Source of the DNA: Nitrososphaerota archaeon
Lineage (GTDB): Archaea > Thermoproteota > Nitrososphaeria > Nitrososphaerales > Gagatemarchaeaceae
Reading direction: 5' to 3'
Assembly: GCA_028866945.1 (NCBI GenBank)
Contig: JAGWHE010000005.1
Span: 1-32,000, forward strand
DNA length: 32,000 bases
Shown: in pieces, positions 17,546 to 25,904 of the stretch
How positions within the stretch are numbered: position 1 is the stretch's first letter
Layout of the letters: the number at the start of each line of letters is the position of its first letter
Program-made: the position numbers and the translations under genes
The notes under the pieces: model-generated
What the model was told of the DNA's origin: nothing
What the model saw: only the letters and a program-made list of their open reading frames with translations
Database searches by the model: none

Positions 17546-18554
17546 AAACCCAGGACAGGTCCGGGGGATGGCTCCGGCCCGACGTCTTCTCGCTGAGCGC
17601 GTGGGCCACGATCGGGAGCGCCAGCGTGATGTCGGCGTAGAGGGTCGCCTTCTTCGCGTCTGACTTTATCTTCCCCCAGCTGATTGCCTCCTCCAGGGTG
17701 CACCCCGACAGGCCCCCCCACTGAGGGCTGTCGGCTGTGATCTGGATGGCGTACTCGTGCGGGGTCTCCTCCTCCCCTCCCTTCGACAGCGACTTGATTA
17801 TGGTGGAGAGCTGGATCGTGTCCTTCGGGACCCCGCCCCCGAGGTAGACCACCCCGGTCCGCTTGGTCCTCTCTGCTATCTGGGCGAGCTCTTCCATGTC
17901 CTTGGTCTGGTCGAGCCTGATCATCTTCCCCTTCTCGCGGTTGAGAAGGCTGAGGGCGACGCCGTAGCCGCTGTCGATCAGCCCCGGAGAGTAGACCGGC
18001 ACCTTGGCCCTGTGGGCGGCAGCTACGATGCTGTCTATCCCCTTCTTGTTCAGGAACCCGCCGAACTGATTGAGGAACTCGCGGGTCGAGTAGATCTGCT
18101 TCGGGTCGAGGGTGTTCGCGAAGTTGTAGATGGTCCTTTCGAGCTTCCTGTACTGCATCTCGTCAGCGTAGACGTCGTAGAACCTGTCGACCTTCATCCT
18201 CAGAAGCGCTTCGTCGTCTGCGAGCCAGGTCCCCTGGTAGTAGTGGTACCCGAGGGCCTCCAGGATGTCTTCGGAGATGTTCGCCCCGGTGCTGACCACC
18301 ACGTCCACATATCGATTCTCCACCAGCCAGCGGATTATCTTCCATTGTCCCGTGGTGCTGAGGGAGCCGGTGAGCCCTAGGAACACCGTCAGGTCCTTTT
18401 GCTTCGCCATCTCGGACCAGATCTTGGCCACCTCCCCGAGCTTCTTCCCCTGGAACCCGGTCTGGGACATCTCGTCGAGCAGACCTGAGATGCTCTTCTT
18501 GCCGACCTCTATCGTCGCCACTGGTTTTGAAAGGACTTCCTTCTTTGATACCAC
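17535..18554 (-). CDS. dys: deoxyhypusine synthase
   Basis: 339 aa with a GTG start. Contains FLGLTGSLSTTG, VVSTGANISEDI, GGGVPKD, and ADSPQWGGLSG. Its 3' end overlaps the purB 3' end by 11 nt. Confidence 0.9.
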   Translation of the reverse strand: MVSKKEVLSKPVATIEVGKKSISGLLDEMSQTGFQGKKLGEVAKIWSEMAKQKDLTVFLGLTGSLSTTGQWKIIRWLVENRYVDVVVSTGANISEDILEALGYHYYQGTWLADDEALLRMKVDRFYDVYADEMQYRKLERTIYNFANTLDPKQIYSTREFLNQFGGFLNKKGIDSIVAAAHRAKVPVYSPGLIDSGYGVALSLLNREKGKMIRLDQTKDMEELAQIAERTKRTGVVYLGGGVPKDTIQLSTIIKSLSKGGEEETPHEYAIQITADSPQWGGLSGCTLEEAISWGKIKSDAKKATLYADITLALPIVAHALSEKTSGRSHPPDLSWVFKN

Positions 18555-18576
18555 GGCGCAGCGTCCGTAGAGTTCG

Positions 18577-18584
18577 CTTAATTG
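18577..18584 (-). promoter_or_regulatory. TATA-like box for dys
   Basis: The minus strand reads CAATTAAG, centred ~27 nt upstream of the GTG at 18554. Confidence 0.45.
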
Positions 18585-18616
18585 TTTTTGCGGAGCGGCT
18601 GCTCTGCCCGCCCCGG

Positions 18617-20383
18617 CTACTTCACCGTGACCGACTTTGCGAGGTTCCGCGGGTAGTCCGGGTCGTTCCGCCTGGCGACGGACATGTGGTAGGCCAGGAG
18701 CTGCAGGGGGATCGCCTCGACTATGGGGGCGAACTTGGGCTGGACCCTGGGGACATGGATGTAGTGCCTGTACACCTCGTCGTTCTCATCGGAGATGCCG
18801 ATGACGTCGGCCCCCCTCGCCTTCAGCTCCTCTGCGTTGGACAGGGACTCGGCGTGGATGGGCCCGCTCGGGTTGATCACGACGACAGGGGTCCCCTTCT
18901 CGATCAGGGCCAGGGTACCGTGCTTGAGCTCGCTGGCCGGCATCCCCTCGGCGTGGATGTAGGAGAGCTCCTTGAGTTTCAGCGCCCCCTCCATGGCCAC
19001 CGGGCTCTCGTACCCCCGGGCGACGAAGTAGAAGTCCGGCCTGTCCCTGTACTGGCGGACCAGCTCCTGGACCTGTCCTTCGCACTTCAGCGCTTGGGCG
19101 ACCGCGTCCGAAAGCTCCGCGAGCCCGTTCGGGTGCTTCCTCCCCAGGACGGCGTCCACCACGAGGTTCGCCACCACCACCTGGGCCGTGAAGCTCTTCG
19201 TCGCCGCCACCCCCACTTCCGGGCCGCAGTTGAGCAAGAGGACACCGTCGCTCTCCCTGGCCAGGGTCGACCCGGCGGCGTTCACTATCGAGTAGACCTT
19301 CGCCCCGTGCTTCTTCGCCTCCTTCACGGCTTCCATGACGTCGGCCGTCTCCCCGCTCTGCGAAAGAGCGACCACCACCGACCCCTTCCCCAGGAACTCG
19401 GTGTGCTCCTTGAGCTCCCCGGCGACGACGACGTCCGCCCTGAGCTTCGCCTCCTTGTTGAGCCTGAACTTCATCAGCAGCCCAGCATGGTACGATGTCC
19501 CGGACGCCGTGATGTACAGCGACTTCGCCTTCCTGACCGCCTGGGCAAACTCTTCCAGCTTCTCCTGGTCCTGGACCGCGGCTGACACCACAGTCCTCGG
19601 CTGCTCGTTGATCTCCTTCAGGGTGTAGTGGGCGTAGTCGCTCTTCGAGACGTCAGAGAGCTCCCAGGCCACCTGGTTGGGCTCCCGTTTCACCTTCTTG
19701 CCGTCCAGCCCGACGATTCTCACCGAGTCCTTGGTTATCTCGACGACTTCGTAGTTGTCGAGGAATATTGTGCGGTCGGTGTACCCGATGAACGCGAGCA
19801 CGTCGCTGGCAAGGAAGGTCATCCCCTTCCCGACCCCGACTATCAGCGGGGCGTCCTTGCGGGCCCCGGTCATCACATCGGGCCTGTCCTGGAACAACAC
19901 GGCAATGGCGTACTGCCCCTTCAGCTTCTTCACCGCCGCCAGGGTGGACTTCAGCGGGTCCCCGAGCCGCTTGTACTCGTCCTCGACGATGTGCGCGATG
20001 ACTTCGGTGTCCGTTTCGCTCTTGAACCTGTGCCCCTTCGCCCGCAGCGCCTTCCTCAGCGGGATGTAGTTCTCGATTATCCCGTTGTGGATGACGGCCA
20101 CCGTCTCCCTGCACGACGCGTGCGGATGGGCGTTAGCGTCGGTCACCCCGCCGTGGGTGGCCCACCTCGTGTGCGCCATGCCAGTGCTCCCCAGCATGGA
20201 GGACATGCGATGCCTCCCCTCGATTTCGCTGACCCTCCCTGCGCCCTTCTTCACCCCCAGCCGCCCCCCGCTGATCGTGGCCATGCCTGCCGAGTCGTAC
20301 CCCCGGTACTCCACCCGCCTGAGACCCTCCAGCAGGATGCCAGCGACCGGCTCCTCGGCTACGCACCCGATTATGCCGCACAT
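18617..20383 (-). CDS. glmS: glutamine--fructose-6-phosphate aminotransferase (isomerizing)
   Basis: Start set at the inner Met so that the protein begins MCGIIG. The Ntn amidotransferase needs Cys as the first residue after Met removal. This gives 588 aa with two SIS domains and the C-terminal NLAKSVTVK. The ORF-track start at 20422 adds 13 non-conserved residues. Confidence 0.92.
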   Translation of the reverse strand: MCGIIGCVAEEPVAGILLEGLRRVEYRGYDSAGMATISGGRLGVKKGAGRVSEIEGRHRMSSMLGSTGMAHTRWATHGGVTDANAHPHASCRETVAVIHNGIIENYIPLRKALRAKGHRFKSETDTEVIAHIVEDEYKRLGDPLKSTLAAVKKLKGQYAIAVLFQDRPDVMTGARKDAPLIVGVGKGMTFLASDVLAFIGYTDRTIFLDNYEVVEITKDSVRIVGLDGKKVKREPNQVAWELSDVSKSDYAHYTLKEINEQPRTVVSAAVQDQEKLEEFAQAVRKAKSLYITASGTSYHAGLLMKFRLNKEAKLRADVVVAGELKEHTEFLGKGSVVVALSQSGETADVMEAVKEAKKHGAKVYSIVNAAGSTLARESDGVLLLNCGPEVGVAATKSFTAQVVVANLVVDAVLGRKHPNGLAELSDAVAQALKCEGQVQELVRQYRDRPDFYFVARGYESPVAMEGALKLKELSYIHAEGMPASELKHGTLALIEKGTPVVVINPSGPIHAESLSNAEELKARGADVIGISDENDEVYRHYIHVPRVQPKFAPIVEAIPLQLLAYHMSVARRNDPDYPRNLAKSVTVK

Positions 20384-20407
20384 TGCCCCGCGAGCAGGGC
20401 CCCGGCG

Positions 20408-20415
20408 CTTTAAAC
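20408..20415 (-). promoter_or_regulatory. TATA box for glmS
   Basis: The minus strand reads GTTTAAAG, centred ~28 nt upstream of the ATG at 20383. This supports the MCGIIG start and a leaderless mRNA. Confidence 0.5.
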
Positions 20416-20504
20416 CCCGCAAAAGATTCTCATGTAGCAGTCAAAGGCGCTTGTGCATGGTCAGACCGTGAGGCACAGGGCGCAGGCTGTCACCATGCAA
20501 AACC

Positions 20505-20513
20505 GTATATGTA
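20505..20513 (+). promoter_or_regulatory. TATA box for the wHTH gene
   Basis: GTATATGTA is centred ~25 nt upstream of the ATG at 20534. Confidence 0.45.
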
Positions 20514-20533
20514 GGGTGCTGCGCCCCGTCCCC

Positions 20534-21484
20534 ATGCCGCGGGAGAAGATACTCTACGACCCAAAGTCGGAAGCCGGGCTGGCGAAGCGTGTCCTGGTCT
20601 CCGACCGGCCTGACGGCTTCAGGCCGGCGTCGGGGAGGCTTGGGCAGCGCATCCTGGTGCTCCTCTCGACCGGGCCGAAGTACCCCGCCGAGATGGCACG
20701 CTCGCTCGGGGCCCATCACCAGACGGTCTACTACCACATCGGGCGGCTGGAGAAGGCGGGGCTAATTACGAGGGTGAGGAGCGAGCAGATCAGAGGGGGA
20801 GAGGCCAACCTCTTCGCGCTGGCGTCCGACGGCTACGCGGTGGAGTTCCCGGTCAAGGGGGAGCCCCTGCCGACCCTCAGGTCATCGGGGCGGTCGAGGG
20901 CCCTCGGCCGGTTCTTCAAGGAGTTCCTCGACGACGGGGAGTTCGACGGCTGGGTCGTGGTCGGCTCGCCTATGGAGCACGGGGCGGCGGGCACCCAGGC
21001 CCGAGACGGGCACTACGCGGTGCAGCTTGGCTTCGCCCTCGGGCAGTTCGTGAACCTCCCGGAGAAGTTCCCGGTGAAGCTCGACGTCGACCTTCGGGCC
21101 GAAAAGCTCCTGTCATCGAACATGGTAGTAGTAGGGGGCCCGAGGAACAACGTCATAGCCGAAGAGCTGAACCCACGACTCCCGTTCAAGTTCAGCCAGG
21201 GGGGGTTCTGGAGCGCCATAGTCGACGACGAAGGGAACACCCACGCTTCGGAGCTCGACTGCCTCGTGGCCAAGATACAGAACCCCTGGGACCCTTCAAA
21301 GACCTGCGTGGTGATCGCGGGGCTGACCGGCGCCGGGACGAAGGCCGCGATCATAGGCGTCTGCAACCATGCGGACGCCCTCTTCGGAAAGTACAGGTCC
21401 GGCCCCTTCGCCGCCCTACTGCGCGGCGTCGACAGGGACGGCGACGGTAAGGTCGACTCGGTGGAAGTGACGAAGCAGACCTGA
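20534..21484 (+). CDS. ArsR-like winged-helix transcriptional regulator with an uncharacterised C-terminal domain
   Basis: 316 aa from the ATG at 20534, which is favoured by the TATA spacing. The ORF-track start is 20453. The wHTH is at roughly 20642..20818 (RILVLLSTGPKYPAEMARSLGAHHQTVYYHIGRLEKAGLITRV). The remaining ~200 aa contain repeated beta-alpha-like segments (WVVVGSP, MVVVGGPRNN, CVVIAGLTGAGTKAAIIGV). I cannot assign this domain to a family. Confidence 0.7.
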   Translation: MPREKILYDPKSEAGLAKRVLVSDRPDGFRPASGRLGQRILVLLSTGPKYPAEMARSLGAHHQTVYYHIGRLEKAGLITRVRSEQIRGGEANLFALASDGYAVEFPVKGEPLPTLRSSGRSRALGRFFKEFLDDGEFDGWVVVGSPMEHGAAGTQARDGHYAVQLGFALGQFVNLPEKFPVKLDVDLRAEKLLSSNMVVVGGPRNNVIAEELNPRLPFKFSQGGFWSAIVDDEGNTHASELDCLVAKIQNPWDPSKTCVVIAGLTGAGTKAAIIGVCNHADALFGKYRSGPFAALLRGVDRDGDGKVDSVEVTKQT

Positions 21485-21487
21485 GGC

Positions 21488-21892
21488 CTAGGCCCTTCTT
21501 CCTCTACGGCCGCCCTTCTTCCTGGTGGTGTCGTGAGGGATCGGGGTGGCGTCCTCGATCCTGCCTATCTTGAAACCTGCTCTGGCTATGGCCCTGATCG
21601 CAGCCTGGGCTCCGGGTCCGGGGGTCCTCGGGCCTGTCCCGCCCACCGCCCTCACCTTGATGTGCAGCGCAGTGATCCCCTTCGACTTCGCGACCTCGGA
21701 CGCGGCCGACGCGCTCCTCATCGCCGCGTAGGGGGACGACTCGAACCTGTCTGCCTTGACGTGCCTCCCTCCCGAAGAGAAGGATATCGTCTCTGCGCCC
21801 GTCAGGTCGGTGATGTGCACGATCGTGTTGTTGTAAGAGGAGTAGATGTGGCATACGCCCCAACGGTTGGCCAGGACTTCTTCTTCCGACAT
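21488..21892 (-). CDS. rps11: 30S ribosomal protein uS11
   Basis: 134 aa. Contains [19 protein letters not shown] and [16 protein letters not shown]. Confidence 0.93.
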   Translation of the reverse strand: MSEEEVLANRWGVCHIYSSYNNTIVHITDLTGAETISFSSGGRHVKADRFESSPYAAMRSASAASEVAKSKGITALHIKVRAVGGTGPRTPGPGAQAAIRAIARAGFKIGRIEDATPIPHDTTRKKGGRRGRRA

Positions 21893-21897
21893 CTATG

Positions 21898-22452
21898 TCA
21901 CTGTGCCTGAGCCGCCTCTGCGGCCGGTTCCGCCTTCGCCTCGGGCGCCGCTTCAGGGGAGGCCTCTTCCCTGCCCTTGGCTCCTCCGGCGAGGGCTATG
22001 ACCCCCTCCTCTCTGCTCCCGACTTCGTACCCGGGGATAGTGATCGTCCTCCCTCCCACCGAGACGTGCCCGTGAACTATCAGCTGGCGCGAATGAAGCG
22101 GTGAAAGGGACATCCCCTTCTTGAATACCATGGACTGCAGCCTCCTTGCGAGCATGTCCTCGACCGTAAGGCTGAGGATGTCGTCCAGGGTCGCCGCTTC
22201 TGCGATCAGCCCCCTCCGCTTCAGGCTGTCCAGGAGCTTCTTCTCCTCGCGGAGCCTCACCGCCTGGGTGGCGGCGAGCAGCGTCCTCGCCTGCTTCCTG
22301 ACCGAGCTGAGCTGAGTCTGCGCCTTCCAGAGCTCCCTCTTGTTCCTGAGCCCGAACGTCCCAAGGAGGTAAAGCTCCTGCGCAAGCTGGTCCGCCCTCC
22401 AGGGGCTCCTCGGCCTGCTGTACTGCTTCCTTGACTTCTTAGGATCTCCCAA
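21898..22452 (-). CDS. rps4: 30S ribosomal protein uS4
   Basis: 184 aa. MGDPKKSRKQYSRPRSPW, an S4 RNA-binding domain (RRLQSMVFKKG...RQLIVHGHV), and an Ala/Glu/Pro-rich C-terminal tail. Confidence 0.92.
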   Translation of the reverse strand: MGDPKKSRKQYSRPRSPWRADQLAQELYLLGTFGLRNKRELWKAQTQLSSVRKQARTLLAATQAVRLREEKKLLDSLKRRGLIAEAATLDDILSLTVEDMLARRLQSMVFKKGMSLSPLHSRQLIVHGHVSVGGRTITIPGYEVGSREEGVIALAGGAKGREEASPEAAPEAKAEPAAEAAQAQ

Positions 22453-22453
22453 T

Positions 22454-22951
22454 CTACTTCTCTTCCTTCTTCGTGGCCGCCTCCTTCGCGGCGGCTACCA
22501 GCGTCGCCTTCCTCACACCGACCGTCCTCCCCTTCCTTCCTGTGGTCCTCGTCCTCTGGCCGCGGACCTTCAGCCCGAGGCCATGCCTTATCCCTTTCCA
22601 GCTCTGGATGTTCCTCTCGTCCTCGATGTCGTTCTTCTGGATGAAGTCGAGGTCGGCGCCGAGGAGCTGTCTCGCCTCCCCGGTCTCCGGGTCGTTCCTC
22701 CTGTTGTAGAACCACTCTGGCAGGGCAGACTTCGTCGTGCTCTGGATTGCGGCTTCGATCTCCTTCACCTGCTCCTCAGTCAGAGTCCCGAGCCTCACCC
22801 GCGGGTCCAGGCTGAGCTTCGACGTGATGACGTTCGCAAAGTTGTACCCGACCCCCTTCAGGTCCGAGAGGGCGACAATCAGCTTCTTCCCGCCAGCGAG
22901 GTCTCTGCCTGAGATCCTCACAAGGTGCCTGAACTCTTGGGCCTCCGACAT
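22454..22951 (-). CDS. rps13: 30S ribosomal protein uS13
   Basis: Inner ATG at 22951, giving 165 aa. MSEAQEFRHLVRISGRDLAGGKKL matches the S13 N-terminus. The 33 upstream codons of ORF 22454..23050 cross the promoter region. Confidence 0.9.
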   Translation of the reverse strand: MSEAQEFRHLVRISGRDLAGGKKLIVALSDLKGVGYNFANVITSKLSLDPRVRLGTLTEEQVKEIEAAIQSTTKSALPEWFYNRRNDPETGEARQLLGADLDFIQKNDIEDERNIQSWKGIRHGLGLKVRGQRTRTTGRKGRTVGVRKATLVAAAKEAATKKEEK

Positions 22952-22977
22952 ATTCTGGGGCTGCCCATCCCCCTTCG

Positions 22978-22986
22978 GATATAAGG
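22978..22986 (-). promoter_or_regulatory. TATA box for the S13-S4-S11 operon
   Basis: The minus strand reads CCTTATATC, centred ~31 nt upstream of the ATG at 22951. Confidence 0.45.
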
Positions 22987-23130
22987 TTTGAAGGCTCTCA
23001 TGATGAAACCCCGGCCGGTTCGTCTCCCGACGCCTTGCTTTCATCTCCAAAACTTTTTAACCTGAACGAAATCCCGACTTCAAAATACGACGTCTCATGA
23101 TAGCTAGTTTCGCAACAGCGGGTGAAGTGA

Positions 23131-23766
23131 TTGGTTGAGGTCAAGGTCCTCCAGGACAGCGGGAACACCGTCTCGCTGCAGCTCGAAGGCATAGACAGGT
23201 CCTACGCCAACGCGGTGCGCAGGTTCTGCATCGCCGAGGTCCCGTCCATGGCCATCGACGACGTCGTGTTCCTCGAAAACTCATCCGTCCTCTACGACGA
23301 GATACTCGCCCACAGACTCGGAATGGTGCCCATCAAGACCGACCTCGAAAGGTACAACCTGCCGGACGAGTGCGACTGCGGCAACCCGCTCGGGTGCCAC
23401 AAGTGCAGGGTGCTCTTCGTCCTCGACGCCAAGGGCAAGGACAAGGTCACCACCGTGACCTCAGGGGACCTGGTCTCCGAAGACAGAGAGATACGCCCGG
23501 TAAGCGAGTCGATCCCGCTGGTCAAGCTGGCGACGGGGCAGTCGGTGAAGCTCGAAGCCTACGCCCGGCTCGGCAGAGGGAAAGAGCACGCGAAGTGGCA
23601 GCCGTGCACCGTCGCGACGCTCACCGACGGGAAGAAGGAGGGGGCCTTCGTGCTCACCGTCGAGTCCGCAGGCGGCCTGCCCGCGAAGCAGATCGTCCTT
23701 AGGGCAATAGACCTCCTCGAGAAGAAGTTGAAAGACATCCAGGCGGCTGTGGAGGGAGCCGCATGA
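23131..23766 (+). CDS. rpoD: DNA-directed RNA polymerase subunit D (Rpo3), compact form
   Basis: 211 aa. TTG start preceded by GGTGAAGTGAT (SD-like). Contains LEGIDRSYANAVRR, ILAHRLGMVPI, and a Cys cluster CDCGNPLGCHKC. There is no long Cys-rich C-proximal domain. Confidence 0.88.
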   Translation: MVEVKVLQDSGNTVSLQLEGIDRSYANAVRRFCIAEVPSMAIDDVVFLENSSVLYDEILAHRLGMVPIKTDLERYNLPDECDCGNPLGCHKCRVLFVLDAKGKDKVTTVTSGDLVSEDREIRPVSESIPLVKLATGQSVKLEAYARLGRGKEHAKWQPCTVATLTDGKKEGAFVLTVESAGGLPAKQIVLRAIDLLEKKLKDIQAAVEGAA

Positions 23767-24116
23767 CCACGTCCAACCCCATCCTCAGGCACGCTGCGGT
23801 GATGCTCGAGAGGGCCGCGAAGAAACAGGAGGCGCCTATCTGGAACGAGGCGTCGAGGCTTCTTTCGGGTGAGACGAAGAACCGCGTCGAGGTCAACGTC
23901 GGAAGGATATCCAGGATAGCCGAGGACGGCCAGGCGCTCTTCGTGCCCGGGAAGGTCCTTGGCACCGGCGTCATGGAAAAGAAGGTTGTAGTCGGCGCGT
24001 TCTCATTCTCGGAATCCGCGAAGTCCAAGCTCGAGTCCGTGGGCGGGTCTGCGCTTTCCGTCGAACAGTTCCTGAAGAAGTACCCGAAGGGGAGCGGAGT
24101 GAGGCTTGTCAAGTAG
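23763..24116 (+). CDS. rpl18e: 50S ribosomal protein eL18
   Basis: 117 aa with an ATGA overlap with rpoD. Contains NVGRISRIAEDGQALFVPGKVLGTG. Conserved position. Confidence 0.9.
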   Translation: MTTSNPILRHAAVMLERAAKKQEAPIWNEASRLLSGETKNRVEVNVGRISRIAEDGQALFVPGKVLGTGVMEKKVVVGAFSFSESAKSKLESVGGSALSVEQFLKKYPKGSGVRLVK

Positions 24117-24546
24117 CGAGACCGTCTACATCGACGCCGCCAACCAGATTGCCGGGAGGCTCTCGTCGAAGGTGGCGAAGCTGCTCCTCACCGGGAAGAG
24201 GGTCATCGTCGTCAACGCCGAGAAGTGCCTGATCTCAGGCGCGAGGACCTCGGTCGTCAACCAGTGGAAGGAGAGGCTGGAGCTCGCGAGCAAGGTCAAC
24301 CCGATCTACGGCCCGATCCATCCGAGGCGCCCCGACAACATCCTCAGGCGGATGGTGAGGGGGATGGTTCCAAGGAAGAAGCCGAAGGGGGCCCTCGCCA
24401 TGAAGAGGCTTAGGATCTACATCGGCGTCCCGACCGGCATCGACGCATCCAAGCTAGCGAAATTCGACGACGCGGCTGCGACACGGCCGATTCCGGTCTA
24501 CGTCACCATGGGCGACCTGTCCAAGAGCCTGGGGTGGAACGAGTAG
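24106..24546 (+). CDS. rpl13: 50S ribosomal protein uL13
   Basis: 146 aa with a TTG start. Contains IDAANQIAGRLSSKVAKLLLTGKRVIVVNAEK and RRMVRGMVP. Confidence 0.92.
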   Translation: MSSSETVYIDAANQIAGRLSSKVAKLLLTGKRVIVVNAEKCLISGARTSVVNQWKERLELASKVNPIYGPIHPRRPDNILRRMVRGMVPRKKPKGALAMKRLRIYIGVPTGIDASKLAKFDDAAATRPIPVYVTMGDLSKSLGWNE

Positions 24547-24548
24547 CC

Positions 24549-24977
24549 ATGCCAGCCCCATCCAAAGCACAGGTGAAGAAGGCCCCGAAGCTCTACTCCG
24601 GAGCCAGGAAGACCGCCAGGGCTACCGCGGCCATCTCCGCCGGCGCCGGGAGGATCAGGGTCAACGGCACCCCGGTCGAGCTCTGGGAGCCAGAGCCTGC
24701 CAGGCTGCACCTCCTGGGTCCTGTCCAGGTGGTCGGCGAACTCCGCGAGAAGTACGACGTAGACGTGAGCGTCGCGGGAGGGGGCTTCATGGGCCAGGCC
24801 GACGCCGCCGCGATGGCAATCGCCAGGGCCTACGTCGACCAGGTGAGGGGGAGCGAAATCAGAGACAGGCTGAATGCATACAATAAATACCTGCTATCGG
24901 GCGACCCGCGACAAGCTGAGCCCAAGAAATTCGGCGGCCCTGGCGCCCGCAGAAAGCGCCAGAAGAGTTACAGATAG
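24549..24977 (+). CDS. rps9: 30S ribosomal protein uS9
   Basis: 142 aa from the ATG immediately after the L13 stop. The ORF-track GTG at 24534 is an alternative start. Contains SGARKTARA, GGGFMGQADAA, and the C-terminal ARRKRQKSYR. Confidence 0.9.
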   Translation: MPAPSKAQVKKAPKLYSGARKTARATAAISAGAGRIRVNGTPVELWEPEPARLHLLGPVQVVGELREKYDVDVSVAGGGFMGQADAAAMAIARAYVDQVRGSEIRDRLNAYNKYLLSGDPRQAEPKKFGGPGARRKRQKSYR

Positions 24978-24980
24978 GCC

Positions 24981-25190
24981 ATGATGATACCGATCCGCTG
25001 CTTTACCTGCGGCAACCTCATCGGCGACAAGTTTGCGCCGTTCCAGGCAAGGGTGAAAGCCGGGGAAGACCCGGGGAAGGTCCTCGACGACCTGGGGCTG
25101 AAGCGCTACTGCTGCCGTCGGATGCTGATCTCCTCCATCGACGTGATTGACCAGGTTCTGCCCTTCTACAGCAGGAAGGCAGAGTTCTAG
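24981..25190 (+). CDS. rpoN: DNA-directed RNA polymerase subunit N (Rpo10)
   Basis: 69 aa. Contains [13 protein letters not shown] and RYCCRRML, the diagnostic zinc motif. Confidence 0.93.
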   Translation: MMIPIRCFTCGNLIGDKFAPFQARVKAGEDPGKVLDDLGLKRYCCRRMLISSIDVIDQVLPFYSRKAEF

Positions 25191-25204
25191 GCAAGGGGAA
25201 GGTA

Positions 25205-25897
25205 ATGTCGGAATTCGACGACGACGACGCAGGTTCGTCTGACAAGATGGTCGCGCCGGGATTCTCCGAAAAGGCGTTGCTGGCCACTGGAATCCGCATC
25301 GGCACCCCCGTCCGCACCAAGACCATGGAGCAGTTCACTGCCCGCCCTCGCCCCGACGGCCTTCACATGATCGACTACGGCAAGACCCTGCAGAGGATAG
25401 ACACCGCAGGCAGGTTCATCGCCGCGACCGGCGCAAAGAACACAGTGGTATACACGAGCAGGGAGCACGGCGCCATGGCCGTGGAGAAGTTCTGCGATCT
25501 CACAGGGGCGATGCGGAGGATCGGGAGGTTCATGCCAGGGACGTTCACCAACCCGCTCTATCCGGGGCACCTGGACGCGGAGCTCGTCGTGGTGGCCGAC
25601 CCCATGTCTGACACGCAGGCCATGGTGGAGGCCGGGAAGCTCGGGGTCCCGGTGATCGCCGTCTGCGACACGGACAACGTGACCGACGACATCGACCTGG
25701 TCATCCCCGGCAACAACAGGGGCCGCAAGTCCATCGCTGCCATCTTCTGGCTGCTGGCGAGGGCGACCCTGGTCCACTCAGGCCAGCTGGCCGAAGACCA
25801 ACCCATGAAGTACGGCATCGAGGACTTCGAGACGAAGGCAGAGGAAGAGCCGCGCCCCGAGGGCCCCGAGGAACGCATATCAGAAAGGCGCGAATAG
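25205..25897 (+). CDS. rps2: 30S ribosomal protein uS2
   Basis: 230 aa. Contains LLATGIRIGT, RPDGLHMID, VPVIAVCDTDN, and IPGNNRGRKS. Both termini are acidic. Confidence 0.92.
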   Translation: MSEFDDDDAGSSDKMVAPGFSEKALLATGIRIGTPVRTKTMEQFTARPRPDGLHMIDYGKTLQRIDTAGRFIAATGAKNTVVYTSREHGAMAVEKFCDLTGAMRRIGRFMPGTFTNPLYPGHLDAELVVVADPMSDTQAMVEAGKLGVPVIAVCDTDNVTDDIDLVIPGNNRGRKSIAAIFWLLARATLVHSGQLAEDQPMKYGIEDFETKAEEEPRPEGPEERISERRE

Positions 25898-25904
25898 CGC
25901 CCTC

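Noticed and set aside
18527-20413. Long + strand ORFs (352 aa and 261 aa) opposite glmS
   Set aside because: These are typical high-GC antisense open frames. Their products are Arg/Pro/Leu/Gly-rich low-information sequences, whereas the minus strand encodes a full-length, motif-complete GlmS.
20384-20422. 13-codon upstream extension of glmS
   Set aside because: GlmS requires Cys as the first residue after Met removal (MCGIIG), and the TATA box at 20408..20415 falls inside the extension.
21482-21494. Perfect palindrome GGCCTAGGCC spanning the convergent stops of the wHTH gene and rps11
   Set aside because: It is short and GC-rich and is explained by the two stop codons lying back to back. 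There is no flanking structure suggesting a functional element.
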